DNA from: Paraspadella gotoi | Taxonomy: Eukaryota > Animalia > Chaetognatha | Length of the DNA stretch: 64,000 nt | NCBI GenBank assembly: GCA_051294375.1 | Contig: CM119267.1 | Location: 13,401,081 to 13,465,080, forward strand | Reading direction: 5' to 3' | Shown here: piece after piece, positions 1-14,270 of the stretch | Layout: the number at the start of each line of letters is the position of its first letter | How positions within the stretch are numbered: the stretch's first letter is position 1 | Program-made: the position numbers and the translations under genes | Notes under the pieces: generated by a model | What the model was told of the DNA's origin: nothing | The model's database searches: none | The model's input: the letters and a program-made list of their open reading frames with translations, nothing else

Positions 1-158
1 GGGTTGCCGGTGGTCGTCTGGAGTTAAAGAGGGACGTGGGCCGCTTTAAACCGACTCGTGTAACAATGGTGATTTTACAAGCCTGATCCGAAAGCTCAGG
101 ATGCTATATTGAAACCGGTTCTGTCATATCTGACATAAATTAAATTATGGTTCTTACA
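1..158 (+). mobile_element. partial LTR of TRIM family 2 (cut by window edge)
   Basis: Diverged reverse-complement match to the LTRs at 59246-59478 and 59663-59894 (gcctgatccgaaagctcagg, gttctgtca); ends in CA. Confidence 0.7.
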
Positions 159-1249
159 TCATTTTTAGTTTCAGATTTTAAAATAGATATATATGTAAAA
201 TGTTATTTAAAATTGTAAATAAGGTTTATTAAAAATTAGTATGGTATAAAAATTTATAAAATTGGGCCTCCTTAATGAGTAGTAATTTTTTTAGAAAAAT
301 GAAATATTTTTATCGCATAGCGGATTATGAAAAACGACCTGACAGATTTTAAGGAATAAGCTTTATTTATATATTTGTAGTAGTAATTTTATAACCCTAA
401 AAAAAAAAACAAATGACTCTTTTGGCCACCATGTTTGAATGAGAAAGCTGTCTGCAATGGTGTGCCTATCATAACAGTGAAACGATTCATTGCCGCGTCA
501 CTAATTAGGCATCAGGTTGTTTTTTTGCTGATTGAAGCTATGATAGCATATAAAACCATATTGTTTCAGCGAGCAAGGAGTTTTACTGGACGATTAAGAT
601 GCTTCGGCGAGTCTTGATAGAAACTCACATTTGCATAGTATCCATCTTTATGATGACATAGAAAGGACGGAGCTGTCGCGGATTTCAGACGTTGCAGGAT
701 GTTCCTTCTGAAGCCGATTATTTTTTTTTCTTCGGCCTCGAACAGCATGGTAATCGTAGCGAGTGGCCAATAACTTTGAATGAAATCAGCCGTCATAAAA
801 GCGTCACACGCATTTAGGAGAGGAAAAATCCGTCGCGAGAGGACAGCACTAAATAAAAATGAATGATTGACAGTTGTTAATAGGATAATACTTTCTGAGA
901 TCCCCGTCTAAATTACAATTTGTCAGTACAGTGCAGTCACACCAATATATTCGAACCTGAGTTGTCAGAATTCAAATTATGATAAATTATGCAAAAAATA
1001 TTCGATGTCCGTAGAATTGTCCAATGTATATTTAATAGAAAAAAAGCATTTATTATTTTATTTTGACTTTTTCTTTTTATTAAGTAAGTTTAGTTTATAT
1101 ATATAAATATTATTTATACTTAATATTGATATCATATCTGCCTCTAGCAATGAATAGTGAAAACTGTTTCAATATTTGATTATTAAGCGATGACTATATT
1201 GATATGATCCTAAATAAGATTGAGATATTGTAGTAATTGAACTTGAATG

Positions 1250-4200
1250 GCTTTTTTCATGTCTGGGATTTCAATTTTGATTTATTTTCAGTTTTTAAGT
1301 AGTCTTTTATTAGTTGTTGGGTGGAGAAGGCGTGCGGCTCTCGAAGACTACGAACTCGAATATAAATAAAGCGTGTGGGAAACGTTGAGTGCATAGACGA
1401 ATGTAAGTTGGATTGTGATGGAGGGTTGCTGCTGCAGTTTCTCGTCAATCTATGGGCATCATGGAAAAAATATTCTTACCAAGCGTTAAGGCGCGGAAAT
1501 TGGTTTAGACTAGGACAGGGGTGTTGGCTGCCGATTGTCAATATTAGACTGTGTATTCTTCACGGTTTCGTCGGGATAGTGTGTTGAGTTTTTATACAAA
1601 ACACCTATAAAATTAAAGTTTAAAATGCATTGAATTAATTAAATTAATTTAATTAATTACGCTAATGAGTGAGGACAGATTTGACCTGGTATTGCTCGAA
1701 ACTTGTTTTTTTACAGGATTTTAAAAATTTTTTTTTTGTCCGCATATATTACAGTTCTATACATCATTGTGAGTGTGCCGTATTCGCATACTGACAAAGC
1801 AAATATTCTGGCATGCCTGATTGTTAAATTTCAAGTATATATTCGTCGTCTATTTTTAACCCACCTTGATTTCTTCCAATAGTCTAAGCTTTTAAAAAAT
1901 TTCTCGGATTTCCGATTTGACGTATCTGGCCTCATGCCGTCTAAATAGATAACCCAATGTTGTCTGGACATATGGAGAGTAAATACAGGCGCGGAATACA
2001 TGGAAATAGTTCTTTGAATTTTGCTTCAGTTCAAGTTCAGGTTTTACTCTCCATTGGAATATATGTTCAGTTTAAGAGGTACGGGTCAAGAATTTTGTGG
2101 ATTATTCCTTGTAGGAAAATGAAGTTTATTTAGCGGATTGCTAATGCGTTCTCGGCCTATATATACTTGTCGTCCGTGTCGCGAATCCTAAAAGTTGTCG
2201 TAAGTCACATTAAATGCATGTAAGCAAATCATGAATTATGATAAGTTAAAATAGTATAGAGGAGACGATGTGAATTGAATTATTCATGTAGATATTAGTA
2301 GATAGTGTAATATTGAGCTGGAATAAGTTTAATCGGATGCTGAGTGGAAAGTAGGGGGCATGGTTCAAAAGTACCTATATATTTTTTGGACCGGTGGCTC
2401 ATTTGAGATAATAGCATCACTCTAGACAATAAGGTTAAAAGGGTTAATCCCGTACATACCTGCGGGAATAGAGTGAGGCGCAGTAAGCGCTTGGGGAGCG
2501 GGCAAAACCATAAGGCTGGTACTCGTCCAGGACCGTTCCATGTCTGTAGAGGGTATAGAATTATGGATATTTTCTTACCACGGTAAGCGCTGAATCACGA
2601 ATAGTTTAAAATGGATAAAAAAAATATATGTTTTAATATGATTAGGCTCTTTTTATAAATATAATGAAGATGACATTATTATAAAATATTATCATTTAGT
2701 ATTTATTAAGTCGTTAATCCAAATTAGATCATAAATCGTCAACTGTTTTTGATTATTTCACATCAATAATGATTTATGCGGTGTATCTGTCATCGTCGAC
2801 TATGCGAGTCTATGCTTTTGTTGTGGTCAATTTACAAATATTTTTAGAAATTCTCTCATTAAACCACTTTTAAAACATTTTAGCGCTGCAAGACTAAAAT
2901 CGAGATTGTCTATAAGGAGAAGGGGTTTATTCGGGTGGCGAACGCCGTCGGAGTGTATTTGGTTCAATTTTCTTGCAATATCCTTAGACATAGTGTCAAT
3001 GAGAGATATAATTTCTAGGATTAAACATGAAAGAAATGGTTTGCAGCTGAAATCAAGTGCTAGATAGATATTAAGACCAAAGTTTCGGATTTCTTGATAT
3101 GTCTTGTTATAATGGTGTATATCCAATTGTTTTTTCAAGTAAGACAATTCTATCGAGGTATCAAGTGTTTGTAGACGAGAAAGACTATCCATCATGCGGA
3201 GGATTTTTAGTGATTATGCATTATTCGATGAAATTTTTATGGTTACTTTTTGTCCTCATGTTTCTTTTTTGTGAAACGCGAAAATTTTGATTTGATACTG
3301 AATCTGGAGTTCATTTTTTGTTTGTTCGTTTTTTTTGGAAGCCAATATCTGGCTCTTCTGTCTCAGTCATAAGATCTCTTATCCTCCAGATGCATTCAAT
3401 TCGTACTATCATTTGTCTGATGCATTCATTCTTTGAGTCTTCAATATTCCTCGACTCATATCAATTCTCCGATCATTGAGAATCCTCTGATTCCTTCAAA
3501 ATCCTTGATTCATTCGATTCTGTCGGATCTATACAATCCTGGCCGATTCCAAGTCGATCCTACAATTTCCATTCAATTTATCCGTGATGGAATTCATCAA
3601 TTCAATTCAATTCCTCAATATCCAAGTGTCAATTCTAGCGACCATACAATTTCCTATACGGTTCAACTTCACGAATTGTCCAAATCCATGGTAATCTGCT
3701 CCAAATCATTCAATTTAACCCGATCAGTAGAATATCTCTGTCTTCAATGCAATTCTCACGTTATTGAGTTTGCCATCGCTTAAATTGCCTCCATTTCCAT
3801 CAATTCTACGATCATTCATTCTCCATCTAATATTCGAACATCAATTTTTCTGCAGTCCGATCTTCAATTCTTCGATGCGATCATATCTCTGATGGCCAAT
3901 GGCAATCTTGACTCAACCTCCAATCATTCATTTCCTCCGTGGTAGCACAAATTGGTTAGACGGGAATCACAGGGATTTAGTTGCGTCAAAGAAGGATTTG
4001 TACTATTAGCTGCTAGTATAATCCTGTTCGGTTTTTGTTTTCTTTTCACTGAAATGAGGAGACCACGAGATGATTTTATGGTCTAAAATATGTTTTTGCG
4101 TAGTTCCTGACTCTTTTTTACACAAAATTCATTGCTAACTAATCATAATTTGGTCTATAAAAATTATAAAAAATTGCGAAGAGACAAAAGAGTAACGACC

Positions 4201-4500
4201 CACAAAGTTAGTAAATAGCAAGATGTCAGTCTTATAATGATGATTAGTAAACACTTGATTCGATATAGGGAGGGATATTTACATTTGAGAGACAAATGAA
4301 AATATTAGTTTATCGAGGAAAGGGAATTGGGATTGAACCAAGAGGTTCGAGAGATGATTTTCCTTTTTTGCGCGGCGTTGATAAATGGGATTATGAGGTT
4401 TCCAAATAATCTTTTCGCAAGACATATTCTTAATGTGAAATAAGTAGTGCAACTGTTAAGGATATATTGCACAGTATTCAGCTGGTTTTTCAGTTCATTT
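1250..4500 (-). pseudogene. highly degenerate retroelement remnant, possibly Penelope-like (boundaries approximate)
   Basis: Broken minus-strand frames contain weak echoes of PLE motifs in the expected order: IPAGMYG...IISNEPP (~2400-2470), CNICGQK (~1735-1760), HPCPSLN (~1505-1525). Many stops and frameshifts. Confidence 0.25.
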
Positions 4501-6745
4501 TTGTTAAACATACGCTATTTTTCTTACTTCTTTCTTCTGATTCCTTTTTGGTTATCCTTTCTGTATTACTTATTTCTTTTTTCGCTTTGGCGTTTAGAAT
4601 GTGATGATTTTGATTCTTGGTTGATTAGTCATTTATTATTTCAATTTCGTTTCTTTTTCTTTTTTCGTCCTAGTTTATTTTACTAGTCGTTTAATCGTTG
4701 TTAGTTTATTTTCATGTTGTTGTTATCCTGTTTATTTTCGTCATGTTTTCATCATTATTTGTAGCTTTTTTAGTTTCTTCCTTGTCTTGAAACTTTGTAT
4801 TCGTTCTTTATTTCTCAATGTAAAATCAACTTTTCTTTAATTTCTATGTTCCTGCTTTCTTTTCATTTTCTATTTTTTCCTTTTTTCACTCTTTTTCTTT
4901 TATCCTTACCTTCCTTTTTTTCTTTCCTTAATGCTCTTCTTCCCTTCTTTTTCTTTCCTTCTTCCACTACCTTCCATTCTTTCCTTCGTCTTCTTTAATA
5001 TATTTTTGTACATATATAGAGAAATTATCTTTAAAATTCAACTTGTTTTTTGTCCGTCTCTTCTTTTTTTTCTTTTTTTCCGCTTTTTTTTTATCTTTAA
5101 CGTTAGTAGCTCGTGTTTCATCATTAATTTGCTAGCTTTTTTTTTTCTCTATCCTTGAACGATTTTTTTTTTTTCATTCCGAATGCTTTTTCTTAAATTC
5201 ATGTCTTTCCTTTTTTTCTTTTTCTTTCTTTTTTTCATCACTCTTTTATTTTTTAATTTTCTTTCCTTCCTTCTTTTTTTTTTTCCTTCATCCTTATCAT
5301 TCTGTCTTTCTTTTTTCTTTCTTCCTTCGGTATTTTCCTTCATTCTTCTTTTTCCCCTTACCGTACTTCTTTCAATAATCTTTTGTAAATTATAGGAAAG
5401 ACTTATTATTATGAAAAAAACTTCACTTGTATCACTTCTTATTAAACAACCGATTAAACTTTTCTAAACTGGTAAAATTAACTTTCCTTAAATTAGGTAG
5501 CTAAATATTTGATTGACACTAATACTTACGACACTTAAAATATAGATAAAACTTAGACCTATTTCGAAAAATTGAGAAAAAATCTATCAATGTGTAATTT
5601 TTTATGGCTTTCCACAAATTAAGGGCATTTTTTTCGATTTTGAGCACTTTGGCATGGATTTTCTCTAACTTTGAACTATATTGAGAAAAAATTATATATT
5701 TGATAATCACACTATTGTTGCCTCATAGTACACTGCCATCATAGCTGCCAAATTTGTAATAATTTGTAAAATGTTTAAATAAATTACATTTTTTGTAATA
5801 TTAAAAATGAATAAAATATATTAGAATATATTCAAATTTAGCTATGATGTTATTGTTTAAGCGTTATAAAATAATAGCTCGATTCGTGGTTTAAAAATTT
5901 AATGAAAAAATTAGATTTATAAAGTAAAATTTGTAGAAATTTAAAAAACTATTAAATGATCAAATGAGTTTTAGAAAAGCAAAGAAAAGTATTTTTACTT
6001 CAGTTATAAAAAGCATGTTTTATGATTATAACGAAAAATTATATATTTATCTGTCATACTATTTAGGCATAATACAATTGACTATTTGTCAAAAAAATTT
6101 ACCTGTGCCAGAAATGTTTTTTAAATGACTGAACTCCATGGTATATTTGAGGTAGATACTCCAAGGCCCTATTAATAAAAATTTTAAAACCAAATACATA
6201 ATTGCATAATAAGGAAGTTATGCATCATTGAAAAAATGACCCATAAATACTATAGCACTGATAAAATGGCAAAAAATTTTCAGATAGTACAGATATTCAC
6301 TAAGAAGCTCAAAACCACTGCTGAGATATACATGTTTAGCCAAATTTTAAGAACAGAAAATTAAAGAAAATAATGACATGGTATGCAATTTTATAACTTT
6401 TTTTGTAGACCCAATTGTTTAAGTGTTTAGGCATTTTTTTTTGAATAACTGTGCTAGAATGGGCAATAGCCAGATTTCGACAAAACCTCTATAAAATCCT
6501 AAAGCGTTTATCCTATAAATGAAAAGTTTATCGCCATGTGCAAACTTACGACATCTAGTTTTCCGGTACTCGTGATAGAATAGTTAAAGTTAAGAAAATC
6601 AATCTAAAAATTGTACTACAGAGTACTATCAGTGTCCAAATTAGGCTGTCGTTCCTTTATACCCCGCATTGTTCAATGAACACAGTTTTTATCAACTGAT
6701 CATTGTCGCGATACTTACCCTCCTTGCCCAAACCCCGAGACTCAC

Positions 6746-6882
6746 CCTATTCAACGAGGCAATCCTAAACCCTTTGGCGTCGCCCTTGCTCCCGTTCATG
6801 TAATTCCCGAAGGCGAGGACGATTTCTAGGAGCCGTTTGAGCCGGTCGCTGCGAGCGACTTGGCGAGACGCCTCCAAAGCAT
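6746..6882 (-). CDS. DAAM: DAAM-type formin, FH2 exon (last exon recognised in window; gene continues beyond position 1)
   Basis: Acceptor aactacag| and donor |gtgagt. Encodes (D)ALEASRQVARSDRLKRLLEIVLAFGNYMNGSKGDAKGFRIASLNR with the FH2 GNYMN and GF-x-I-x-SL motifs. Phase 1 in, phase 0 out. Confidence 0.95.
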
Positions 6883-7046
6883 CTGTAGTTGGGTAAGAGG
6901 TAACTTAGGTAATATTTGCCTGATTAACTGAGGCAAAGTGTTACTGAAATTGCCTAGTTAAAGAAATGATTTTTTTTTAATTAAGATAGGCAATTTCGAA
7001 TCAAAATATTTTGCTTATATTTTATTTTTGAAAATAAATAAAACAA

Positions 7047-7699
7047 TGTAGTGGTAGTATTTCATACCCCACTATCTGTCGAGAATCAGCTGCACCTATG
7101 GCGCCGGATAGGTCGACGAGCTCCTCCCAACCCAAAGGATCGGGTTCGCGCCCTGCTGATTCACACAAGTAAAAGCGGGACGGGGTGTCTAACCCACCTG
7201 TAGTGTCGGACTACAGCCCGATCCGAAGTTCGGGACCTTGTGTGAGGCGGACGGTAAACATTGCTTCGCGGCATCGTCTTCCACATTGGTGAGCCCACAC
7301 GAACACGCTGGCACGTTAATACACCTCTGCCCGGGCAGTATGTTAACACACCTTTCGTCGCCTCGACCAGTGTGTGAAGACGAGGAGCAGGAATAGGCAG
7401 CCCTCCTAGAGTGCTCGGCACAACGCGTGCATCATAGCCATAAACATTGGCGGTGTGATGCCTAGGGGGGGATCGTAGTGGTAGTATTTCATACCCACTA
7501 ACTCGTCGAGAATCAGAAGCACTATGGCGCCGAGGTAGCACGAGCTCTCCCAAACCAAAGACTCGTGTTCGCGCCTGTGATTCACACAAGTAAAGCGGGA
7601 CGGGGCGTCTAACCAATGTAGTGTCGGATACAAGCGATCCGAAGTTCGGGACCTTGTGTGCAGCGGACGGTAAACTGCTCGGGGCATCTGTCTTCCACA
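7047..7699 (+). mobile_element. complete TRIM (family 1), Helenus-like
   Basis: LTR1 7047-7285 (TGTAG...CCACA) and LTR2 7473-7699. PBS TGGTGAGCCC at 7287, PPT AGGGGGGGA at 7464-7472, 4-bp TSD ACAA (7043-7046 and 7700-7703). Non-coding ~190-bp interior. Confidence 0.9.
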
Positions 7700-8544
7700 A
7701 CAATATATTTTCTTTTATTGTTTTAATTTCGTATCAACTATATTTTCAATTTCTTATTACTAGTATATTTTAAGCCAAAATACTTTTCCCAGATGGCATG
7801 AAATATGAGTTCACATTAGTAAGTATATAAACTACTTGGAGATACAGACCCAGAACCAATAAAATTATTAAAGAGAGATTGAAATCATTGATAAACAAAA
7901 AAAAATTAACAGATAATAAAAAAATTAATAATAACAATAAGGATGCATACATTTAAAGAGATTTGCAATGTAACGTATTTAGTTGTATCCTGATATGATT
8001 GACAAGATTAAAACCTCGATCAAAAATAATATACAAATGTACACAAGACTCAAGTCGCCCAAAAATTTTTTGTATCTTATTTAGGATGTTAAAGCTCATT
8101 AAAATTCTTTGCAGAATATGATATGGATTTCTCAATACCTCCCTAGCAGATTATATTAAAAAATTAGAGCTCGATATGGAAAGTAAATATCCTATGCTAT
8201 GGATATGATTTTCAAATAAAAAAACTCTAAAAAAATTCTTCTTCTATTTTTTTATTATTAACAAAGATTTTAACTCAAAGTAAAAAATGATATTCTTGAA
8301 CATACTGAAAAATGTTTATCTTAATTAAAAACAACTATTGGGGGGGGGGTAATAGAGGGGCGGGAGGCAGGGAATTCGTTAACAAATGAAACGTCGGTTT
8401 GATATAGACGGTGGCCTAGTAAGAAGATAGCGGAAGATAGTAATCCTTGTTTTACAATATCACGAGTTTCAAGTAAGTATAATTATGGCAAAATTCTAGA
8501 CCACAATTGCTCCAGTTTGTCGTAGAGATCTTTATTGATTACAT

Positions 8545-8799
8545 TGTGGAGGTATATTCACACCGCCTCACGTCCACCATCGTGCAGCCAACTCCATTGG
8601 CTCAGAGGGGGAACGCACCATCCCGGGCATTGCGTTGCATCCATAGTCCTAACGACTTCCCTCTGCGTTGGCAAAGCGAGACCGTCCGAGGGTAACCGCG
8701 CCAGTGACTGGAGGCGTCACTGAGGGTCGGAAGTCCCTAAAGCGAACAGTGAGATGCCCCATCCCAATGGGCATCACAGGCAACCCGGCTGTTTCCATA
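8545..8799 (+). mobile_element. solo LTR of TRIM family 3
   Basis: Reverse-complement match to 47563-47823 and 18255-18499; TGTGG...CCATA ends; flanks ACAT and AAAT (TSD with one mismatch). Confidence 0.8.
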
Positions 8800-10157
8800 A
8801 AATCTTCTATTCAATAATGACTCCCACACTGGCGTCGGTGAACCGTATAAATAATTCTCGTTGCCTCTCGGGAGAACCGAACCCTTTCCTCGCATCCCAA
8901 AGCTCAATCCCTCGCACACTTTTCTCACCCCCCCCCACCGCCCGTCACTAGCCCCTTCTCCATCCTCGCGTCCCCAGCGATCCAAACACGGACGCCCGCG
9001 GTCTCTCTTCGCCCGCCTCCCGGTGACATCTCATTAGGGAATAGAAAAAAAAAAAACTTTGAGCAAACCATGCCGGATCTGCTAACGATCATAAGCGTTA
9101 AGCAGCTGATCATATAATTAATTAATTTTTTCCAATTTTTCTTTTTTTTTTTTTTCATTTTTCTTTTCATCTTTAAGTCACTAAATAGATTAATTAAATG
9201 ATTAATTAAATAATTGTGAGAGTTGGTTCAGCTTGCTTTTACAGTTAATATTAAAGGAAAAAATGCTTAATCACTTGGACGATTCCATCGAAACTTGATT
9301 TCCATCTAATCACATACTTTTTTACCTTTACTCAAAATTTTAAGTTAATCGCCCCATCTACTCATGAGTTATTGGCGTTTAAAGGCAAGGGGGACGGACA
9401 AACAGACATACGGACAGAAAGACAGACATACGGACAGAGAGAAAGACGGACGGACCAAGAAAGTGAATCGTAGAGCCGGAATCTTCTATAAGCAGATTCG
9501 GCTAAAAAGAGATAGGGGCGGGTGAGGACTGAGGAGTTGATATCGATTGAGAGAGGCGTTGGCGTGGGTGGGTGGGGAAGTCGGGGAAAGGTGGTGAAAG
9601 CTGATAGGAACGGCGAGGAAGAGGAAGGGAAACACGCTTCCGTTCCGTGGATAAACATGATCGAAGGCTCTTGAATAAGATTTTGTTTTAGCGTTCTTGA
9701 ATAGAGAGAGGCTGGGTCCTTTTTTTACAATTTCGCAAAAATGAGAATAAAGAGGGGAAAAGGCGTGCAGGGTGTGTGGCGTGGCATGGCGTTGTTGTCA
9801 GCTAAATCTCAGCATTTACGAATCACAAATTGTTTAATTCATTTATTAGTTGCGCCGCGAGTACTCGCGGAGCAACTCAATAAGTCACTTTTCGGTCGGT
9901 CGGTCTGTCCTACTTATATTGGTTGCTTATTTGTTCAGACAAGAAAAAACCTCAAATGTAAGGGACTACTCGCGCTGCCTTCAAGAAATCATAAAACTAT
10001 AAGGAATAAAACACTCGATACAGTGTATGTCATAAATACAAGGGCTAAGAAAGTTTTACTCGTGTAATGTAATGTAACGTGAAAATAAACTCACTGCGGC
10101 GCAACACATTGGAATCACCGTTCTTGTTTATCCAACTTTCCGTTCATTTATTCAAAC

Positions 10158-10267
10158 CTTGTATTCTGGGTTTGAGCGACTGAATTCGTTCGGCGAAAGA
10201 CTTTTTGAAGAAGAGCGATTTGAGTCGCTGTTCGTAGCGAAGAACGCCGGACATCTCGAGAAGAAAT
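10158..10267 (-). CDS. DAAM: DAAM-type formin, FH2 exon
   Basis: Acceptor ctttctccttctcag|, donor |gtttga. Encodes (R)FLLEMSGVLRYEQRLKSLFFKKSFAERIQSLKPRIQ(D). Phases 2 to 1 join both neighbours exactly. Not shown in the ORF track. Confidence 0.93.
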
Positions 10268-10631
10268 CTGAGAAGGAGAAAGTTAGATGGATGAGAGACG
10301 GCTCGTCTTATTGGTTGATTGGGAGATTGTTACAATTGAGAAGTTAGACTAACAGCATAAGACACTTCCGTCTTGGCGTATGACAGATAAAGTAACTGAA
10401 TAAGTAACGTGAATAAATGCAATTAAGATCATAACAGCTGCATACAATCTCGCCGCAGCGAAGGTTGAAAATATAGGGCAAATGGGGCAATAAAGAGATG
10501 GGCGAAAGGTAATTGAGAGATGAAAAGGGACTCCGCGACAGTAACGAGAAAGGAGCGACATTTCTGAGAATTGAGCAAATAGCGAGAACGGATTGCCTGT
10601 GATTGATCGATCAAGAACCGCGGGGACTGCT

Positions 10632-10711
<80 letters not shown>

Positions 10712-11849
10712 ATCTTAATTTGAAACAGAAGTCGCTGCTGCGTTTGCCATTTACTGAAACTGAAAGGCCTTTCCTCTCAAAAAACTGTTTTTTTTTAAAT
10801 TTTTTTAACAAGGACAAACCAACTAAAATAAAAAAACCATGAAAAGTTTAAAAATGAATTAAATGAAAATGGAACTGGTATTGACAATGAAAAGAACCCA
10901 CTCCTCGACCTAGCGGAGAGGGAGAGTTATTAGTTTCTTATCCACTTGGAGTCTTGATATTTAATGGGTACCTTAATAAAATAATCAAAGCATATAGATA
11001 TTCATACAGCCAATAATAATAATAATCAAACAATGTAATAATAATCAAACAAGTCATTTAGAGTGAACGCAAGACGAGGGTGGGGTAAACGGTCGGCGGA
11101 GGGCCTTATTTTCCCTGAATTCGCCATTTCATATTAAATTTTGAATTAAGTGAAGTTTTTAGATTTAAATTTAGGTTAGGGTTAGGGATTAGGTTGAGGT
11201 TAGGTATTTGTAACATTAAGTATTTGTTAAGAGATTAAAATTAAATATACATATTTAAATTAAAATTAAGTTTAGGAATTAAGGATCAAAAATGGGTAGC
11301 TTTCGGAAAAGAAAGCTCGGCGGAGAAGGCGATAGGCAAAGCGGAAGAGAAATCGCGGAGGTAAGTTCATGCAACGAAAATAGAAAGGGCAAACACATCG
11401 GAGAATTCTCTCTATTTCTCTCTTGGGCGCGCCGTTACGGCGGTGCGGGATAAAAGGAGAGTCAACATCTCGCCTCGGAAACGCGAGTGCGCACGCAAGG
11501 GCTGCAAACAACTGCGTTCAAACAAACCAGTAAATCGAGTGATTAGAGACTCACAAACCGAAACCAAGTAAATTTCCTTCTTTACGAACGAAATCGAAGG
11601 CGAAAAAATTCACCGAAAACTGTAAAAACTGTAAGCGTGACCTTTCTTTACACCCTAAAGTGAATGTTTTTCGTGAGTAGCGCATGTGTTAATCATGTTG
11701 GTGACATCGACGCTTGTGCCGTCTGGGCGTCGTATTTCCGAGGAAAGGAATTTAATCAAGGTGGCTGCAGCGGCGGCGGCGGCAGCGGCGGAGGAAGACT
11801 CTTCTTCATCCTGAAGCCATTAACCTCGGTCGAAATTTTGCAGGGAGGG

Positions 11850-11946
<97 letters not shown>

Positions 11947-12460
11947 GTCGAGTATTCAAACGGAATTCTCGGTATTACCTAAACAAGTTTGAGCAAACAA
12001 TGTCGGAACTGCCTACGATAATTTAGCGGTAAGCAGCTAATCAAAATCACGAACAGGCTTGTACCTGTGAAGATTTTTAAATAACAAAAATTTATTTTTT
12101 ATTTTTCAATTTTCGCATACGCCCATATTTATACATAGTACTCACAATAGAAAATGTCAAAATTTTAAAATGTTTTTTCTTATTTTTAAAAGTAGATTCG
12201 AATTCCTCACGAAAAGTTGATAAAAGGAAATATAACTCTTTTAAGAAAATTATTTTATTAAGTGGGTCAAAATGCTAAAAAACTATTATTAATATTAACC
12301 TCTAATTAAATTTTAGTATAAAAAATATAGTTTTTCGAATTTTTGGCTTTATATATATATTTTTTTTTTTTAACTTTATATCCTACCAACACACAAAATT
12401 TCTTTTCAATCTATCCATTTAATCACGAGTAATTGAAGTTTAATGCTCAGGGGGACGGAC

Positions 12461-12597
12461 GATTGGTGGGTCCGGAGAAGAGCGGGAGTTTAACCTGGAG
12501 GTCTCTCTATACAAGCTTTCTCAGTGTAGGCGATTGGTGGGTCCGGAGAAGAGCGGGAGTTTAACCTGGAGGTCTCTCTATACAAGCTTTCTCAGTG
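12461..12597. repeat. perfect 71-bp tandem duplication inside a family A element
   Basis: gattggtgggtccggagaag...caagctttctcagtg starts at 12461 and again at 12532. Confidence 0.9.
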
Positions 12598-13001
12598 CGG
12601 ACGGACAGACAGACAGACAGACTGACGCACATCATTTTTTTGCATAATTTATAATAATTTGAGGTTCTGATATGTTAGTAATGATTTACCGACAAGATTT
12701 TGGGGTAGGACCGACAATTATAGAGTCGGAATCTGCTGATAAGCATATCCGACTAAAAAAAGTATATAAAAGTGACGTAACACAAAAATCAAAAATGTTA
12801 ATTTTTTTTCCAAAATCAACATCGCATTCATTGTCGTTAATTTGGAAATTTGTATCGACAAAAATGGAAATTTTTCAGGGAGGCTTTTAAAACAGGCTGC
12901 AATTGTTCAATGTTCAATTGCGCAAGCCTTTCCCTAGTCTTTTCTCCCCGGACCCCCATTTCTCTATCTCTCTCTCTCTCTCTCTCTCTTTTTTTTCCCC
13001 A

Positions 13002-13038
<37 letters not shown>

Positions 13039-14219
13039 TCAATCTCTGTTGTTCCCTTTTTCGCTTTTTTAGCGATAATCAAGTCATGAATGAAGAATCA
13101 TCGCTCGCTCTCGGGAATGCCCATGGCTCGAGGGAGGTGGTCACAGCAGAAATGGCAGTGGTGGCGGAAATGAAAGTGGTAACGTTGATGGCATACGCAG
13201 CAGCGGCGGCGAGGGAGAAGATAGCTATTCGAATATGTTTTGGGCGGGAGGGCGAAAGTCGCGCGCAGAATGTAAACAAGAGAGAAAATCCAGTGGCTTT
13301 CGGAAAGGGAATTGGGACGAAATGTTTGTTAGTGAGAAAGTACAAAGTTTAGGTTGTCAGAGAAAAGATTTGCGGATATACAAGCAGTTAAATAATAAAT
13401 AATATACCACGATAAAGTTCACATATTAACAATCATTCGATAAAGTTTGGAGACGCGTCATCGGATGTTAAAGCCGATGCGACGACCTCTATTTTAATAT
13501 TTTTCATCTACCGATAAAAAAATAAAAAGATCAGGTTGCAATTCTGGAAACTCAATTCTGGAAACTCTGGACAACGGGAAGATAAAGAATAAAAAAATTC
13601 GTATCTGATTACAGAAAAAATCTTAACTAAAAAGCAATGAAAAATTGCTTAATAATAACAGACGATTTAAACAAGTTTGAGCAAACAATGTCGGATTTGC
13701 CTACGATAATTAAGCGGTAATCAGCTAATCAGAAGATAAATGACGATAATTCTTTTAATTTTTGATCCTAACTGATCATAACAGATCATACCATACTAAA
13801 CTGAACCGTTACTATGGTATAAACAAATAATTTTTTTAACTATTATTATTTTTTCAACTTGCATCATTTTTTTTAGCTTGCATCATTTTTTTACCTTGCA
13901 TCATTTTTTGTATTTAATTAATTAATCAATTAATTAATTAAAAAATTATGTGTAAGCATAAATAATAAAAATTCAAGTCCAACTTGGCTTGGTTTTTGTT
14001 GTTTTTTTTTTTTTTTATGCAAACTAATTCCCACACCTCGATTCCATCGAAACTTTATATTCTGCTCAATCACACATTTTCTTACGCAGACACAAAAATT
14101 TCATCCCATTCTATCCATTCAATTATGAATAATTCGAGTATTATGGATTAAAATTAGTAAAAGATTCAAGTAAATGTGACTTTGTTTTTTCCATTCAACT
14201 CATTTCCACTCGCACGATT

Positions 14220-14270
<51 letters not shown>

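Noticed and set aside
4420-4460. Next formin exon (QLHYL, resembling FH2 LLHYL)
   Set aside because: AT-rich context unlike the real exons, and the expected preceding DTKS motif is missing.
7099-7160. Functional tRNA gene
   Set aside because: No complete cloverleaf or acceptor stem; only box-like remnants within LTRs.
7161-7703. 180-aa ORF, and similar ORFs at 18102-18500, 35386-35775 and 59273-59707
   Set aside because: They overlap TRIM LTRs, frames are not conserved between copies and no gag/pol motifs are present.
11171-11205. Telomere-like TTAGG(G) runs (also ~50157-50183 and ~51715-51765)
   Set aside because: Short, degenerate and interstitial; not a telomere.
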